Shown here piece after piece: positions 9,290 to 18,475 of a stretch of 24,861 nt of DNA. The notes beneath the pieces were generated by a model that was not told the origin of the DNA, did no database searches, and saw nothing but the letters and a program-made list of their open reading frames with translations. The stretch lies in IMG/VR virus record IMGVR_UViG_3300048578_000174, positions 1-24,861 of that record. One strand, written 5' to 3'. How positions within the stretch are numbered: the first letter of the stretch is position 1; every line of letters begins with the position of its first letter. Source of the DNA: a virus (taxonomy: Duplodnaviria > Caudoviricetes). Position numbers and translations under genes: made by a program.

Positions 9290-9631
9290 CTAATCTTCCT
9301 CCATGTACTCCTTCGCCACGTCGATGGCAAAGTGGTGGTAACCCGTGTCTTCTTCCAGTCCGACATATCGCCGTTCCGATACTAAGAACCCCGCCGAAAG
9401 CAGCAGTCGAACGAGCAATCGTTTCTTCGCGCCGTAGTTCCCTTTCGAAAAGAGCGACAGCCGCGCCTCATCGATGTTCATGCTTGGCGCATTGTCCGAA
9501 AACAGCTCGAAGTGCTCTGCAATCGGCATGATCACGACGTATTCGTCCGGCGCGGCGACAGAGAAAACGCCGGTCTCCACAGGAAGTCCGGTGCTCTCGA
9601 CGATCGTATTCAGTTCTTCCAACATACTCAC
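9290..9631 (-). CDS. Tail terminator/completion protein
   Basis: Start GTG 9631 (overlaps upstream stop) or ATG 9625; PVETGVFS..APDEY, SDNAP, YHHFAID; position before major tail. Confidence 0.75.
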   Translation of the reverse strand: MSMLEELNTIVESTGLPVETGVFSVAAPDEYVVIMPIAEHFELFSDNAPSMNIDEARLSLFSKGNYGAKKRLLVRLLLSAGFLVSERRYVGLEEDTGYHHFAIDVAKEYMEED

Positions 9632-10056
9632 GGGAGATCCAGTTCCTCCTTCATTACGCGTTGCATCTCCTCGATGCACGGCTTCCGGCTCGAGGACTTG
9701 GTCTGCTTCAGAAACGGCTTTGGAGGCTGACCATGTTTTCCGTATTCCAATACGTTGGCGAGCATGGCGTTGCTCACTTCACCGCGTCCCTCCGAAAATC
9801 CTACTTTCACGTCGAGGTTTCCATCGCGATCCAGCTTTGCGGGTGATACACCAAGCGATGCTGCAAGCTTGCCGGTCGAGCGGGATTTTAACTTTGTGCC
9901 TCGCCCGATGGCCGCTTGCAGATTCGATTTCATCTTCGCCATGACGACCTTGCCGCCAGCCGCGAGCGCTTTCGGGATCGCCGCGTCGAGCGCGTTGTCC
10001 ATACCAGCGATCTGGTTGAGAAACTCGTCCGGCATCTCGATTTTCACCTTAGCCAT
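9628..10056 (-). CDS. HK97 gp10-like tail completion protein
   Basis: 142 aa; RSTGKLAASL, LEYGKHGQPPKPFLK. Confidence 0.88.
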   Translation of the reverse strand: MAKVKIEMPDEFLNQIAGMDNALDAAIPKALAAGGKVVMAKMKSNLQAAIGRGTKLKSRSTGKLAASLGVSPAKLDRDGNLDVKVGFSEGRGEVSNAMLANVLEYGKHGQPPKPFLKQTKSSSRKPCIEEMQRVMKEELDLP

Positions 10057-10381
10057 CCGGCGTCACCTTCTTTGCAAGCACTTCTAGATACATCCCTCTG
10101 CCCTTCACGTCCTCGACGGACGTGATTTCGAAGCGATCATCGCCGCAGAGGATCACATGCGCCGTGGTTACGTTCAGCCCCGGGATGACGCGAAAACGGA
10201 ACAAGTCCGTCGCCTCTGAAAAGGCGGCGCGGTTGACCCATTTCTGAGAACCGTGCCGCCCTTCCCGATAAGCGAATAACGAGGTTAATATCTGATCGGA
10301 CTTTGTCGCGAATCCTTCCGCGTCCATCGTCACAACTTCCCGCGCAATCGAAATCAGCGTGTTCATTCTGCCGAAACTCAC
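10049..10381 (-). CDS. Head closure / head-tail adaptor (SPP1 gp16-like)
   Basis: Start GTG 10381 overlapping upstream stop; DAEGF, FRFRVIPG, FEITSVEDVKGRGMYLEVLA. Confidence 0.85.
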   Translation of the reverse strand: MSFGRMNTLISIAREVVTMDAEGFATKSDQILTSLFAYREGRHGSQKWVNRAAFSEATDLFRFRVIPGLNVTTAHVILCGDDRFEITSVEDVKGRGMYLEVLAKKVTPDG

Positions 10382-10695
10382 GAACCCACCTTCCAATCTC
10401 GATCCAGTCGGAGCAGTGTATTCACTGTGTTCCAAACCTGCTGCCCCGCCTGCACGTTATCCGCAAAGAATCCGCCCGTGCTGCCGTCCCGGCTCTCGTA
10501 GAAATGAGATGCCAGCATGATCACCGCAGCTTCGGTCGTTGGCGGCATACCCGCCACTTCGTAGGTTCCGGCGGTCAGGTGCTGGTAACTTTCGGCATAT
10601 GCAACTGCGGCATCAATCAGTCTTTCGAGAAGTTCATCGTCCGCGTTGTGCGTCAGAATCAGATTCGCCTTGACCTTAGTCAGCAGCGTTGCCAT
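10378..10695 (-). CDS. Head-tail connector (HK97 gp6 / SPP1 gp15-like)
   Basis: 105 aa; VKANLIL..DDELL..LIDAA..YAE, AVIMLASHFYESR. Confidence 0.9.
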   Translation of the reverse strand: MATLLTKVKANLILTHNADDELLERLIDAAVAYAESYQHLTAGTYEVAGMPPTTEAAVIMLASHFYESRDGSTGGFFADNVQAGQQVWNTVNTLLRLDRDWKVGS

Positions 10696-10696
10696 C

Positions 10697-10993
10697 TCAC
10701 ATCGAACCCGGCTGGTCTGCCGCCATGATTCCGGCGTTCTTGAGTTTCAACAGAAGCGCGTTGAAATCGCTCTTCAGGTCGGCGATGGTCGTTGCGGCGC
10801 TCTCCGCTTGAATCGACGCCTGGTAAACGCTGCCAGCCGCTTGCTCGGTTGCGTATCCCGATTGCAGGCCGGTGACGGTGGCGGTATCCAGAACCTCCAG
10901 AGTACCGCCGATCACCAGTCGATCCCCACCGTCCGCGAGATAGTTTTTACAGTTGCGGGTCACATCTCCCGCCGGGGCATCAATGATCTCCAT
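10697..10993 (-). CDS. Small head decoration ('head fiber')-like protein
   Basis: 98 aa after capsid; KNY..GGDRLVIGGTLE and LKSDFNALLLKLKNAGIM. Confidence 0.65.
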   Translation of the reverse strand: MEIIDAPAGDVTRNCKNYLADGGDRLVIGGTLEVLDTATVTGLQSGYATEQAAGSVYQASIQAESAATTIADLKSDFNALLLKLKNAGIMAADQPGSM

Positions 10994-11004
10994 ATGCCCC
11001 TCCG

Positions 11005-12204
11005 TTACGCCTTTTGCTGTAGGACCTTGATCGCTTCCGGCAGGATCAGCTTACCGTCCAAACGCTGGGATGCGAGGTATCCGATCTGTCCGGTGGTGGC
11101 GTACAGCTCGTTTAGGCGCTTGAACGTGCGACCCTGACGAGCGGCAATCCAGTAGTATGAGAAGTCGCCAAACACGATGGATTTGTTCCCCGCGCTGACG
11201 CCCGGCATGAACTCACTGGTCACGATGCGATGCCCGAGGATCGTGTCCGGCGCGTTTTCCGTGATGCCCGGACGCCAGAGGTACTGACCGTCGCCGTCCT
11301 TGAGCTTTCGGAGCAGTTTCACGGTCGTGTCGTTGAGCACAAACACCGCACCCTTGCGGTACGGCGCGCGGAGCGAGTAAACAAGGTCGATCAGCTCGTC
11401 ACCCGTGATCGCGGCAGCGCCTGCCGTTGTCACGCCAATCTCAGCACCACCGGAGGAGTTGAGGATACCGATGGGCTTGCTGACGCCGTTGCCATTGAGG
11501 AACGCGTCCTCTTCCTTGTCACCGATACGCTTACCGAACTGCTCGGACACATAGCCTTCGATATCGAAGATGCTGTCAGAGAGCAGTTCTTCAGATACCT
11601 TGATCATGGTCGCGAGCTTGTACGCGCCGAGGACGACCTGCGAAAAAGAATCATCCGAGAGCGGATAGGTTCCCTCTTCGTCGACCCAGTCGGCGGTACC
11701 CTTCGACGCGACCACGGGAATCTTCCGATCGCCATAGCTAGTCTGGATCACATGGCAGAGCGGACGCAGTACGTTCGCTTCCGTCAACTTCTGCACCAAG
11801 GTACGTTCGAACTCGTCGGGAACGAGATATCCGCCCTCGCTATCGGTACCCTCTTGCAGCGCGTTCAGAATCTCCGTGCGGGGATTTTTGGAGCGGATCG
11901 CGTTCCAGAACGCCTTTTTGTACTCGGAGGTCGCGCGACCAGTCTTCTGTTCCGTATTGGTTTGCGCGGGCTTGCTCGTCAGCGGATCGGCGGTGGGCTT
12001 GTTCAGTTCCGCGTCCAACGCTGCCTGACGTTCGAGGCGTTCGACTTCTTTACCGAGCGCAACGACCTCGGCTTCCATCTTTTCGTATGCGCCGGCGTCC
12101 TCGGCGGAGAGCAGGCCGTCCGTGCCGCGTTTGACATCCAGAAACGCCTTCGCGGCGTCCCATTTCTTCGCGCGGTTCTCGCGCAGTTGCAAAATCGTAT
12201 TCAT
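11005..12204 (-). CDS. Major capsid protein (HK97 fold, N-terminal delta domain)
   Basis: 399 aa; coiled-coil N-terminus, EGGYLVPDEF, SEELLSDS, LRKLKDGDGQYLW, FGDFSYY. Confidence 0.96.
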   Translation of the reverse strand: MNTILQLRENRAKKWDAAKAFLDVKRGTDGLLSAEDAGAYEKMEAEVVALGKEVERLERQAALDAELNKPTADPLTSKPAQTNTEQKTGRATSEYKKAFWNAIRSKNPRTEILNALQEGTDSEGGYLVPDEFERTLVQKLTEANVLRPLCHVIQTSYGDRKIPVVASKGTADWVDEEGTYPLSDDSFSQVVLGAYKLATMIKVSEELLSDSIFDIEGYVSEQFGKRIGDKEEDAFLNGNGVSKPIGILNSSGGAEIGVTTAGAAAITGDELIDLVYSLRAPYRKGAVFVLNDTTVKLLRKLKDGDGQYLWRPGITENAPDTILGHRIVTSEFMPGVSAGNKSIVFGDFSYYWIAARQGRTFKRLNELYATTGQIGYLASQRLDGKLILPEAIKVLQQKA

Positions 12205-12215
12205 TCGTTTCCTCC

Positions 12216-12953
12216 TCAGTGTGAAATCAAAGAGAGCCGCTGATAAAGCGGCTCCGCAGGGTATCTCGGTTCGGTTGTTTGAGCGGCAGGTGTCTCCTCC
12301 GCATCAGCTGTTTTACTTGCCTGCTTCCGCTGCACTTTGTTCAGCAGCGAATTGGTCACCGCGCGGCGGGAAAAGCTGAACATCACATCGCCATGCGCCG
12401 TTTGCTTCTTTTCATCTGCCAGTACGCCATCCGCGAAGCCAAGCTCGATTGCTTTATTCGCGTTCATCCACGTCTCCGCGTCCATGAGGTGCGCGAGCTT
12501 CGCGCGGGACATCCCCGTTTTCAGCTCATATGCGTTGATGATGCTCTCTTTCACCTCATCCAGCATGGCGATCGCCTTCTGCATTTCTTCGCTGTCGCCA
12601 ATCGCGATGGTCAGCGGATTGTGGATCATGAGCAAACTCGTTGGCGCCATGAGCACCTCGGTACCCGCCATAGCGATGACCGACGCGGCGGAAGCCGCGA
12701 TACCGTCGATCTTGACCGTGATATGCCCTTTGTAATCCATGAGCATAGTGTAGATTTGACTCGCCGCTACGCAGTCGCCGCCCGGGCTGTTGATCCAAAT
12801 CACAACGTCACCCGTTCCGGCGTTCAGTTCGTCTCGGAACATCCTCGGGGTGACGTCGTCTTCAAACCAGCTCTCTTCGGCGATCGTGCCGTTCAGTGTC
12901 AATGTTCGGGTGCCGTCCTCATTTCGCACCCAGTTCCAGAACCTTCTATTCAA
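12216..12953 (-). CDS. ClpP-like prohead protease
   Basis: True start TTG 12953 (TTGA overlap with portal stop, AAGGAGG RBS), 245 aa; WINSPGGD, GIAASAAS, MIHNP, ETWM. Confidence 0.93.
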   Translation of the reverse strand: MNRRFWNWVRNEDGTRTLTLNGTIAEESWFEDDVTPRMFRDELNAGTGDVVIWINSPGGDCVAASQIYTMLMDYKGHITVKIDGIAASAASVIAMAGTEVLMAPTSLLMIHNPLTIAIGDSEEMQKAIAMLDEVKESIINAYELKTGMSRAKLAHLMDAETWMNANKAIELGFADGVLADEKKQTAHGDVMFSFSRRAVTNSLLNKVQRKQASKTADAEETPAAQTTEPRYPAEPLYQRLSLISH

Positions 12954-14206
12954 GCGGAATCCTCCTTTTTCGTTGCATTGGCAAACACCCCCGCATCCTC
13001 CAACTTGGTCATAGCGCCGTTGATCAAGTAAAGATCGCCGCCGAGATCGGGCGAGATTCGGTCGAGGTTTTCCAGTTCGCGGATGTCGTTCGCGCTCATC
13101 CAGCCGTTTTGCCGCGCGGTGGCGTACCCGCTCATACGGGACGCGTAATCGCCGCGTAGCAACCCGTCTACATTGAACTTGATGAAGTACGTCGGCTTCT
13201 CGCTCTCGCTGAACAGTACCCGGCACATACTCTGTTCCCAACGCACTACCCATGGATCGAGCGTATATTTCACAAATTCCAGGGACTGCTGTTCGATGTT
13301 GCTGAACGACGATTTCTCCAAGTCCGCCAGCATGTGCGGCGGCACGCGGAAGATCCGCGCGATCTCATTGATTTGAAACTTACGCGTCTCCAAGAACTGC
13401 GCCTGCTCCGGCGCGATCCCGATTGGCGTATACTTCATGCCCTCTTCGAGCACCGCGATTTTATGCGAGTTCGCGCTGCCCTGATATGCCGAGTTCCAGC
13501 TTTCCTTGACCCGCTGCGGGTCTTTGATCGTGCCCGGATGTTCCAGTACGCCGGACGGTGCCGCGCCGTTTGCAAAAAACTTTGCGCCATACTCCTCCGT
13601 CGCGATAGCCAAGCCGATCGCATTCTTCGCCATGGCGATCGGGCTGTAACCGATCAGGCCGTCGAACCCCAGTCCGGGGATGTGCAGCATGTCCGAGGGT
13701 GAAAGCGTCACCTGCGTCGATTTCCCGAGTGTGGTCGGATCTTCCGACCCGCGCTGATACAAATAAAAAAGCCGGCCGTTTTGATCACGGTCGACTGTCA
13801 TTTTGTTCGGCATGAGCGGGTAGAGTGCGATCACCTCGCCTCTTGCGTTTCGGATGATCTGCGCGTAGGCGTTACCCCATAGAAGCAGGTGGCTCATGAG
13901 CGTTTCCCGAAACGCGAAGCTCGTCATCTCGGGATTCGGTTCGTCGTGCAACAGCTGATAGAGCGGATGCTTGAACGCTTTCTCTTTCCCGCCGCTATCG
14001 TTATATCGATAGACGTTAAGCGGCAACCCCGCGACGGTTTCGGACAAGATCCTCACGCAGGAGTACACCGCCGTCATCTGCATGGCGGTCGTTTCGTTCA
14101 CCGGCTTCCCACTTGATGTGCCGCCAAAGAAGAAACTGTAGCGGCTGCCGTTCAGAGAATCTCTCGGTTTATCGCGAGAAAGAAAGAAACGTTTCGATGA
14201 AAGCGT
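12950..14206 (-). CDS. Portal protein (HK97 family); start codon anomalous (ACG at 14206)
   Basis: AVYSCVRILSETVAGLP, LLWGNAY, IARIFRVPPHML, SFSNIEQQ; frame open upstream of GTG 14101 through SRDKP..SFFFGGTSSGK to ACG, 8 nt after AGGAGGTG. Confidence 0.92.
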   Translation of the reverse strand, partial: TLSSKRFFLSRDKPRDSLNGSRYSFFFGGTSSGKPVNETTAMQMTAVYSCVRILSETVAGLPLNVYRYNDSGGKEKAFKHPLYQLLHDEPNPEMTSFAFRETLMSHLLLWGNAYAQIIRNARGEVIALYPLMPNKMTVDRDQNGRLFYLYQRGSEDPTTLGKSTQVTLSPSDMLHIPGLGFDGLIGYSPIAMAKNAIGLAIATEEYGAKFFANGAAPSGVLEHPGTIKDPQRVKESWNSAYQGSANSHKIAVLEEGMKYTPIGIAPEQAQFLETRKFQINEIARIFRVPPHMLADLEKSSFSNIEQQSLEFVKYTLDPWVVRWEQSMCRVLFSESEKPTYFIKFNVDGLLRGDYASRMSGYATARQNGWMSANDIRELENLDRISPDLGGDLYLINGAMTKLEDAGVFANATKKEDSA

Positions 14207-14475
14207 ATTTTTTTCACCTCCTAAAATGAATTCCTTATTTCTTAGAAACTTTAGCTATCCTTAACATAAGGCTATGTTCCTTGGTGCTCCATTGTTATAA
14301 CTGGTATTAGCATAATTAACGGTATTTCATTTCTCCCTTAGTACAATAGTGCTCACTAAATAGCGAATAAGCATACAAAGTGAAATCCCAACTCGTTTTG
14401 TATAATCGAGAAGAAACTAATACAAATGCATTCCATCCGGCATCCTTGACATCACGTTTTAGATAACCAAAATTA

Positions 14476-14519
14476 GTCACTATTTCAACAGTGACAATTT
14501 GTGCTAGAGATGTTAATAT
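14476..14519 (+). promoter_or_regulatory. Candidate moron promoter with an inverted-repeat operator over the -35
   Basis: GTGACA (14491-96), 17-nt spacer ending in TGt, TAATAT (14514-19); IR GTCACT-N8-AGTGAC (14476-14495); a second TTGACA at 14446. Confidence 0.5.
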
Positions 14520-14673
14520 ATTTCTATTACTAGTTTTGGTAGATTAGCGAAGGAAGTTCAACCACTCTCATTATGGAATAGACTCCTGCGGTTTACTAAA
14601 TGATTCTGCAAGTTAATATCAGTCGGCGCGAACAAATTAGTACGCACTAACCAAATCTTTTTTGAGGGTAAAT

Positions 14674-15927
14674 ATGACCATTAGATGGATAGTTTTCATA
14701 ATCTTGTTGATCTTAACTGTCATTGGTATCTTGTTTGCCGTTCGGAAACGAAATTTAGCTTCAATTGTCATTACTTTCATTTTTGGCTTTGCTACTTTTG
14801 CTGTAGTTTGGATAATTCCAGAAAGCATCCTTGATATACCCATCCCTTCTCTTTTCAAGCACACCATCACTGCTGAGAGTACACCAATACCCGAGTTCAC
14901 AATAACACCGGAAAATAGCCAAGACTCTGCTCCATTTATTAGTCCCACAATGGAAGTAGATACCGTTCAACCTAACAGCGAACAGAATTTGAATCAAGAT
15001 AAGGAAAATGAGGATATTTTCTTCATCAATAATGCTGAGGATCACAAGATATTTTCGTATAATCCGAACACATCAACTTCCATGATTGTTGTAAGCGACC
15101 CATGTTGTGAGATCATACGTGTGGATCAAGGGCGAATCTTTTATCAGAAAGCTGACTACAAAAACGATGGTGGTCTTTTAGCATGGACGCCCACTGGAAT
15201 TTATTCGAGTAATATCGATGGTACCAATGAGTTGATGTTGAATATACCTAAATACTCTGAAGTAGCAATGTTTTCTGATGATTATGTATTTTACAATAGT
15301 TCAGAGGATTCATACGCTCTACACATGTGTAACCTCGATGGAACAGATGACAAACAATTGGTATCCACTTCATGTGGCGGGTTGTTTTTGACTAGTGAAA
15401 AACTGTTTTATTCGACAGGTGCTGATGACGGTTACAAATTCTATTACCTGAACCTGAAAACGATGGAAAGGGTAAAACTATCTGACGAAACATTTACTAT
15501 CGGAGGTATAAACACTCTCAATGGAAAAGGGGAAAGTGAGTATAACGGCAGCCTATACCTAACGAAGATCAATTGGACCGATGGCCAAATTGGGCATCAG
15601 TGGTCATATGATTCACCATATGTGCTCGATCTGAGCTCGTACGAAATTAGTAAATATTCACCGATAAAGGACCCAGTAGAAACAATTTTCTCTGTGCAAG
15701 ATGGCTATATCTACTATCAGACAATGATGGGAGATATTTCTAGGACGAGCTTGTTAAATGGAGAAACGAATATCATTGCTACCGATCAGGGCGAAGTCTT
15801 GAAAATTTGCGACGATTCTCTTTATTATCTTCGATACGGTTCAAACAGTAGTGGTCAACGCGAGATAAGAGGCTTATATTTTGCTGCTCTTGATGGCAGT
15901 GTAAATAAAGCTTTATTACTTTGGTAA
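14674..15927 (+). CDS. Membrane-anchored beta-propeller protein (DUF5050-like), moron between terL and portal
   Basis: ATG 14674 after GAGGG; two N-terminal hydrophobic helices, P/T/E-rich linker, repeated blades (IYSSNIDGT, LHMCNLDGT, FAALDGS, DGYIYY); AT-rich, opposite strand. Confidence 0.8.
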   Translation: MTIRWIVFIILLILTVIGILFAVRKRNLASIVITFIFGFATFAVVWIIPESILDIPIPSLFKHTITAESTPIPEFTITPENSQDSAPFISPTMEVDTVQPNSEQNLNQDKENEDIFFINNAEDHKIFSYNPNTSTSMIVVSDPCCEIIRVDQGRIFYQKADYKNDGGLLAWTPTGIYSSNIDGTNELMLNIPKYSEVAMFSDDYVFYNSSEDSYALHMCNLDGTDDKQLVSTSCGGLFLTSEKLFYSTGADDGYKFYYLNLKTMERVKLSDETFTIGGINTLNGKGESEYNGSLYLTKINWTDGQIGHQWSYDSPYVLDLSSYEISKYSPIKDPVETIFSVQDGYIYYQTMMGDISRTSLLNGETNIIATDQGEVLKICDDSLYYLRYGSNSSGQREIRGLYFAALDGSVNKALLLW

Positions 15928-16035
15928 GTAACGGTCGAATGCTATCGACTTAATTCGATGTGCTTCCGACAGTTTCATTCGAATAAAGGCAAACCCTACT
16001 TGAGAAATTTCCCTGAAACTTCTAAACTTAATTTT

Positions 16036-17643
16036 CTAGAATAAAACAAAAAGGCCGCGGCTATCATAAACGCTCCCATTATCTACGCTACCCGCCCTCA
16101 ACGCCCGATCCAGTGCCATTATCGTCGCCACAGCACCGTCGATCTTCTCGGTGCTTTTTTCTTTGTCCGGCTTGATGTTCCCCGCCGGGTCGGTGCGGAT
16201 GTAGATGTTATCCATCATCCAGCGAAGCACCGGCTGCCCACCATGCGCAATCTTCTGCTCCAGTGTCAGCTTCATGAGCTCTTTCGTCGGCGGGGACATA
16301 TCCTTGAAGCCTTGACCAAATGGAACGACCGTGAACCCCATGCCTTCGAGATTCTGCACCATCTGCACTGCACCCCAGCGGTCAAACGCGATTTCGCGGA
16401 TGTTGTACTTCTGACCTAGTTGCTCGATGAACGTCTCGATGAACCCGTAATGCACGACGTTGCCTTCGGTGGTCAGCAGGCAGTCCTGCTTCTCCCAAAG
16501 GTCATAGTTCACATGATCGCGCCGCACACGCAGGTCGATGTTTTCCTCAGGAATCCAGAAGAAAGGCAAGACAAAGTACTTGTCATCTTCATCTACCGGC
16601 GGAAACACGAGCACAAATGCCGTGATATCCGTACTGGACGAAAGATCGAGGCCACCGTAGCAGACGCGACTTTCGAGTGATTTGGGGTCAACCGTGAATG
16701 CGCATTTATCCCACACGTCCATGGGCATCCAGCGGATCGCCTGTTTGACCCACTGGTTCAGCCGAAGCTGACGGAACGCATTCTCTTCGGCGGGGTTCTG
16801 CTGTGCGCTTTCACAAGCGGCTTTGACCTTGTCGATGCCCACCGTGATCCCCAGCGACGGATTCGCTTTCTTCCACACCTTCGGGTCAGTCCATGAATCG
16901 TTTTCTTCGGTGCCATAGATCACCGGGTAGAACGTCGGATCGGTTTTCCTACCGTCGAGGATATCCTTCGCTTTGGAATGCACTTCCCAGCAAATGGAGT
17001 TAGTGTTGTCACCTGCGGTGGTGATCAGGAAATAAAGGGGTTGCATCCGCGCATCACCGCTGCCCTTGGTCATAACGTCAAAAAGGCGTCGGTTCGGTTG
17101 TGTGTGCAGCTCGTCGAAGATAACGCCGTGCGTATTGAAGCCGTGCTTGTTGGCGACATCGGCGCTAAGCACCTGATAATAACTCCCGGTCGGCAGGTAC
17201 ACGAGCCGTTTCTGCGACGCGAGAATCTTTACGCGCTTCGCCAACGCCGGGCACATGGTGACCATGTCCTTTGCAACCTCGAACACAATCGAAGCCTGCT
17301 GACGGTCTGCCGCGCATCCGTATACTTCGGCACGCTCTTCGTTATCGCCGCAGGTCAGGAGCAGCGCGACTGCGGCTGCAAGCTCTGATTTTCCATTCTT
17401 TTTAGGAATTTCTATATACGCCGTGTTGAACTGGCGATATCCACTCGGTTTCAGCGTTCCAAACACATCACGGATGACCTGTTCTTGCCAATCGATCAGC
17501 AGAAACGGCTTACCTGCCCATGTACCTTTTGTATGCGCAAGACACTCAATAAAAGCGACGGCGTTATCCGCCGCCTGTTTGTCATATACCGAGTCCTTCG
17601 CTTTGAATGGAGTTGGCGTATACTTCTTGAGTTTTCGTAGCAT
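16036..17643 (-). CDS. terL: Terminase large subunit
   Basis: ATG 17643 after GAGGAGG; Walker A IPKKNGKSE, Walker B VIFDELH, ITTAG, GGLDLSS..D, KIDGAVA. Confidence 0.96.
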   Translation of the reverse strand: MLRKLKKYTPTPFKAKDSVYDKQAADNAVAFIECLAHTKGTWAGKPFLLIDWQEQVIRDVFGTLKPSGYRQFNTAYIEIPKKNGKSELAAAVALLLTCGDNEERAEVYGCAADRQQASIVFEVAKDMVTMCPALAKRVKILASQKRLVYLPTGSYYQVLSADVANKHGFNTHGVIFDELHTQPNRRLFDVMTKGSGDARMQPLYFLITTAGDNTNSICWEVHSKAKDILDGRKTDPTFYPVIYGTEENDSWTDPKVWKKANPSLGITVGIDKVKAACESAQQNPAEENAFRQLRLNQWVKQAIRWMPMDVWDKCAFTVDPKSLESRVCYGGLDLSSSTDITAFVLVFPPVDEDDKYFVLPFFWIPEENIDLRVRRDHVNYDLWEKQDCLLTTEGNVVHYGFIETFIEQLGQKYNIREIAFDRWGAVQMVQNLEGMGFTVVPFGQGFKDMSPPTKELMKLTLEQKIAHGGQPVLRWMMDNIYIRTDPAGNIKPDKEKSTEKIDGAVATIMALDRALRAGSVDNGSVYDSRGLFVLF

Positions 17644-17666
17644 CACCGCCTCCTCCTCATACAATC

Positions 17667-17692
17667 AAAACGGAGGCCCGCGTGAGCCTCCG
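17667..17692 (-). terminator. Intrinsic terminator-like hairpin just upstream of terL
   Basis: Minus strand CGGAGGCTC-ACGC-GGGCCTCCG-TTTT. Confidence 0.65.
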
Positions 17693-17796
17693 TGTCCGGC
17701 TTGGTTTGGTTATCGTGCGCCGATTGGGCAACCGCCCCATCCGCTTTTTGAACCGCTCAGGTGCGGTGACGTTGCGCGACGCGGCGTCGCAGTGAT

Positions 17797-18249
17797 TTAT
17801 CCGCCCGATGCGTTCGGATACTCATTCTGAACAGCCGCCCTCAGAATGTTCACGTCGAAGCCCGCTGCTCTGTATCCTTCCAGAAGCGTGCTGTAATAGA
17901 AAGCGCTCGGCCTGTTTCGCGGTTTGTTGGCAATCAGGATGTACACAAAAGCATCCATCGCAGCACCATTCAATCGTACCTTTACCGTTGTCTTTCGGTA
18001 CAGTTCCGGTACTCCAATCCATCGATCGAGCGCAGCTTCGTCTTGTGGACTTATCTCCCACAGAAGTGCGGGTACGCTTCCGCCTTTTTTCTTCTCAATC
18101 GTCGCAACCGCGCTGGCATTGCCGCCGCGAAACGCAAGCTTGAAATTCTTCAACTCTGTCGTGCCAATTGGCTTCGCAGTCGGGCAACGCTTCGCCATTT
18201 CGCTGCGGTTCAGACCAACGCCGTAAGTAGCAAACGCTCGATTACTCAT
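17797..18249 (-). CDS. Gamma-glutamylcyclotransferase (GGCT/AIG2)-like protein, probably inactive
   Basis: ATG 18249 overlapping DUF4314 end; YG..LN..EM..RCP.A, VPALLWEI...DEAALDR, PSAFYY. Confidence 0.8.
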   Translation of the reverse strand: MSNRAFATYGVGLNRSEMAKRCPTAKPIGTTELKNFKLAFRGGNASAVATIEKKKGGSVPALLWEISPQDEAALDRWIGVPELYRKTTVKVRLNGAAMDAFVYILIANKPRNRPSAFYYSTLLEGYRAAGFDVNILRAAVQNEYPNASGG

Positions 18250-18475
18250 TTTCCTCAATCCTCCGGCACTCATCTTCGCCGAATACCACCCCGAGCGAAC
18301 TACCACAATCCCAATTCACATGAATCGTCCCGATATCATCGACCATGGTGACCGTCCCTCGGTCACCCTGTCGCAGGTTGGTGTAAGGATCACTCATGCA
18401 AATCAGCATCACCCGAGTGCCGGCTTTGTAATACGCTTTGAGCTGTTTCAGCATCTCCGGATGAATGGCTGTCAT
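18242..18475 (-). CDS. DUF4314-family protein
   Basis: 77 aa; GTRVMLICMSDPY..GDRGTV..VDDIGTIHVNWDCGSSLG...GED. Confidence 0.85.
   Translation of the reverse strand: MTAIHPEMLKQLKAYYKAGTRVMLICMSDPYTNLRQGDRGTVTMVDDIGTIHVNWDCGSSLGVVFGEDECRRIEENE

Noticed and set aside
11230-13031. 337-aa and 250-aa + strand ORFs antisense to capsid and ClpP
   Set aside because: Antisense shadows with unnatural composition
12954-13253. N-terminal extension of ClpP in the ORF track
   Set aside because: Overlaps the portal; TTG 12953 has a strong RBS and stop-start coupling
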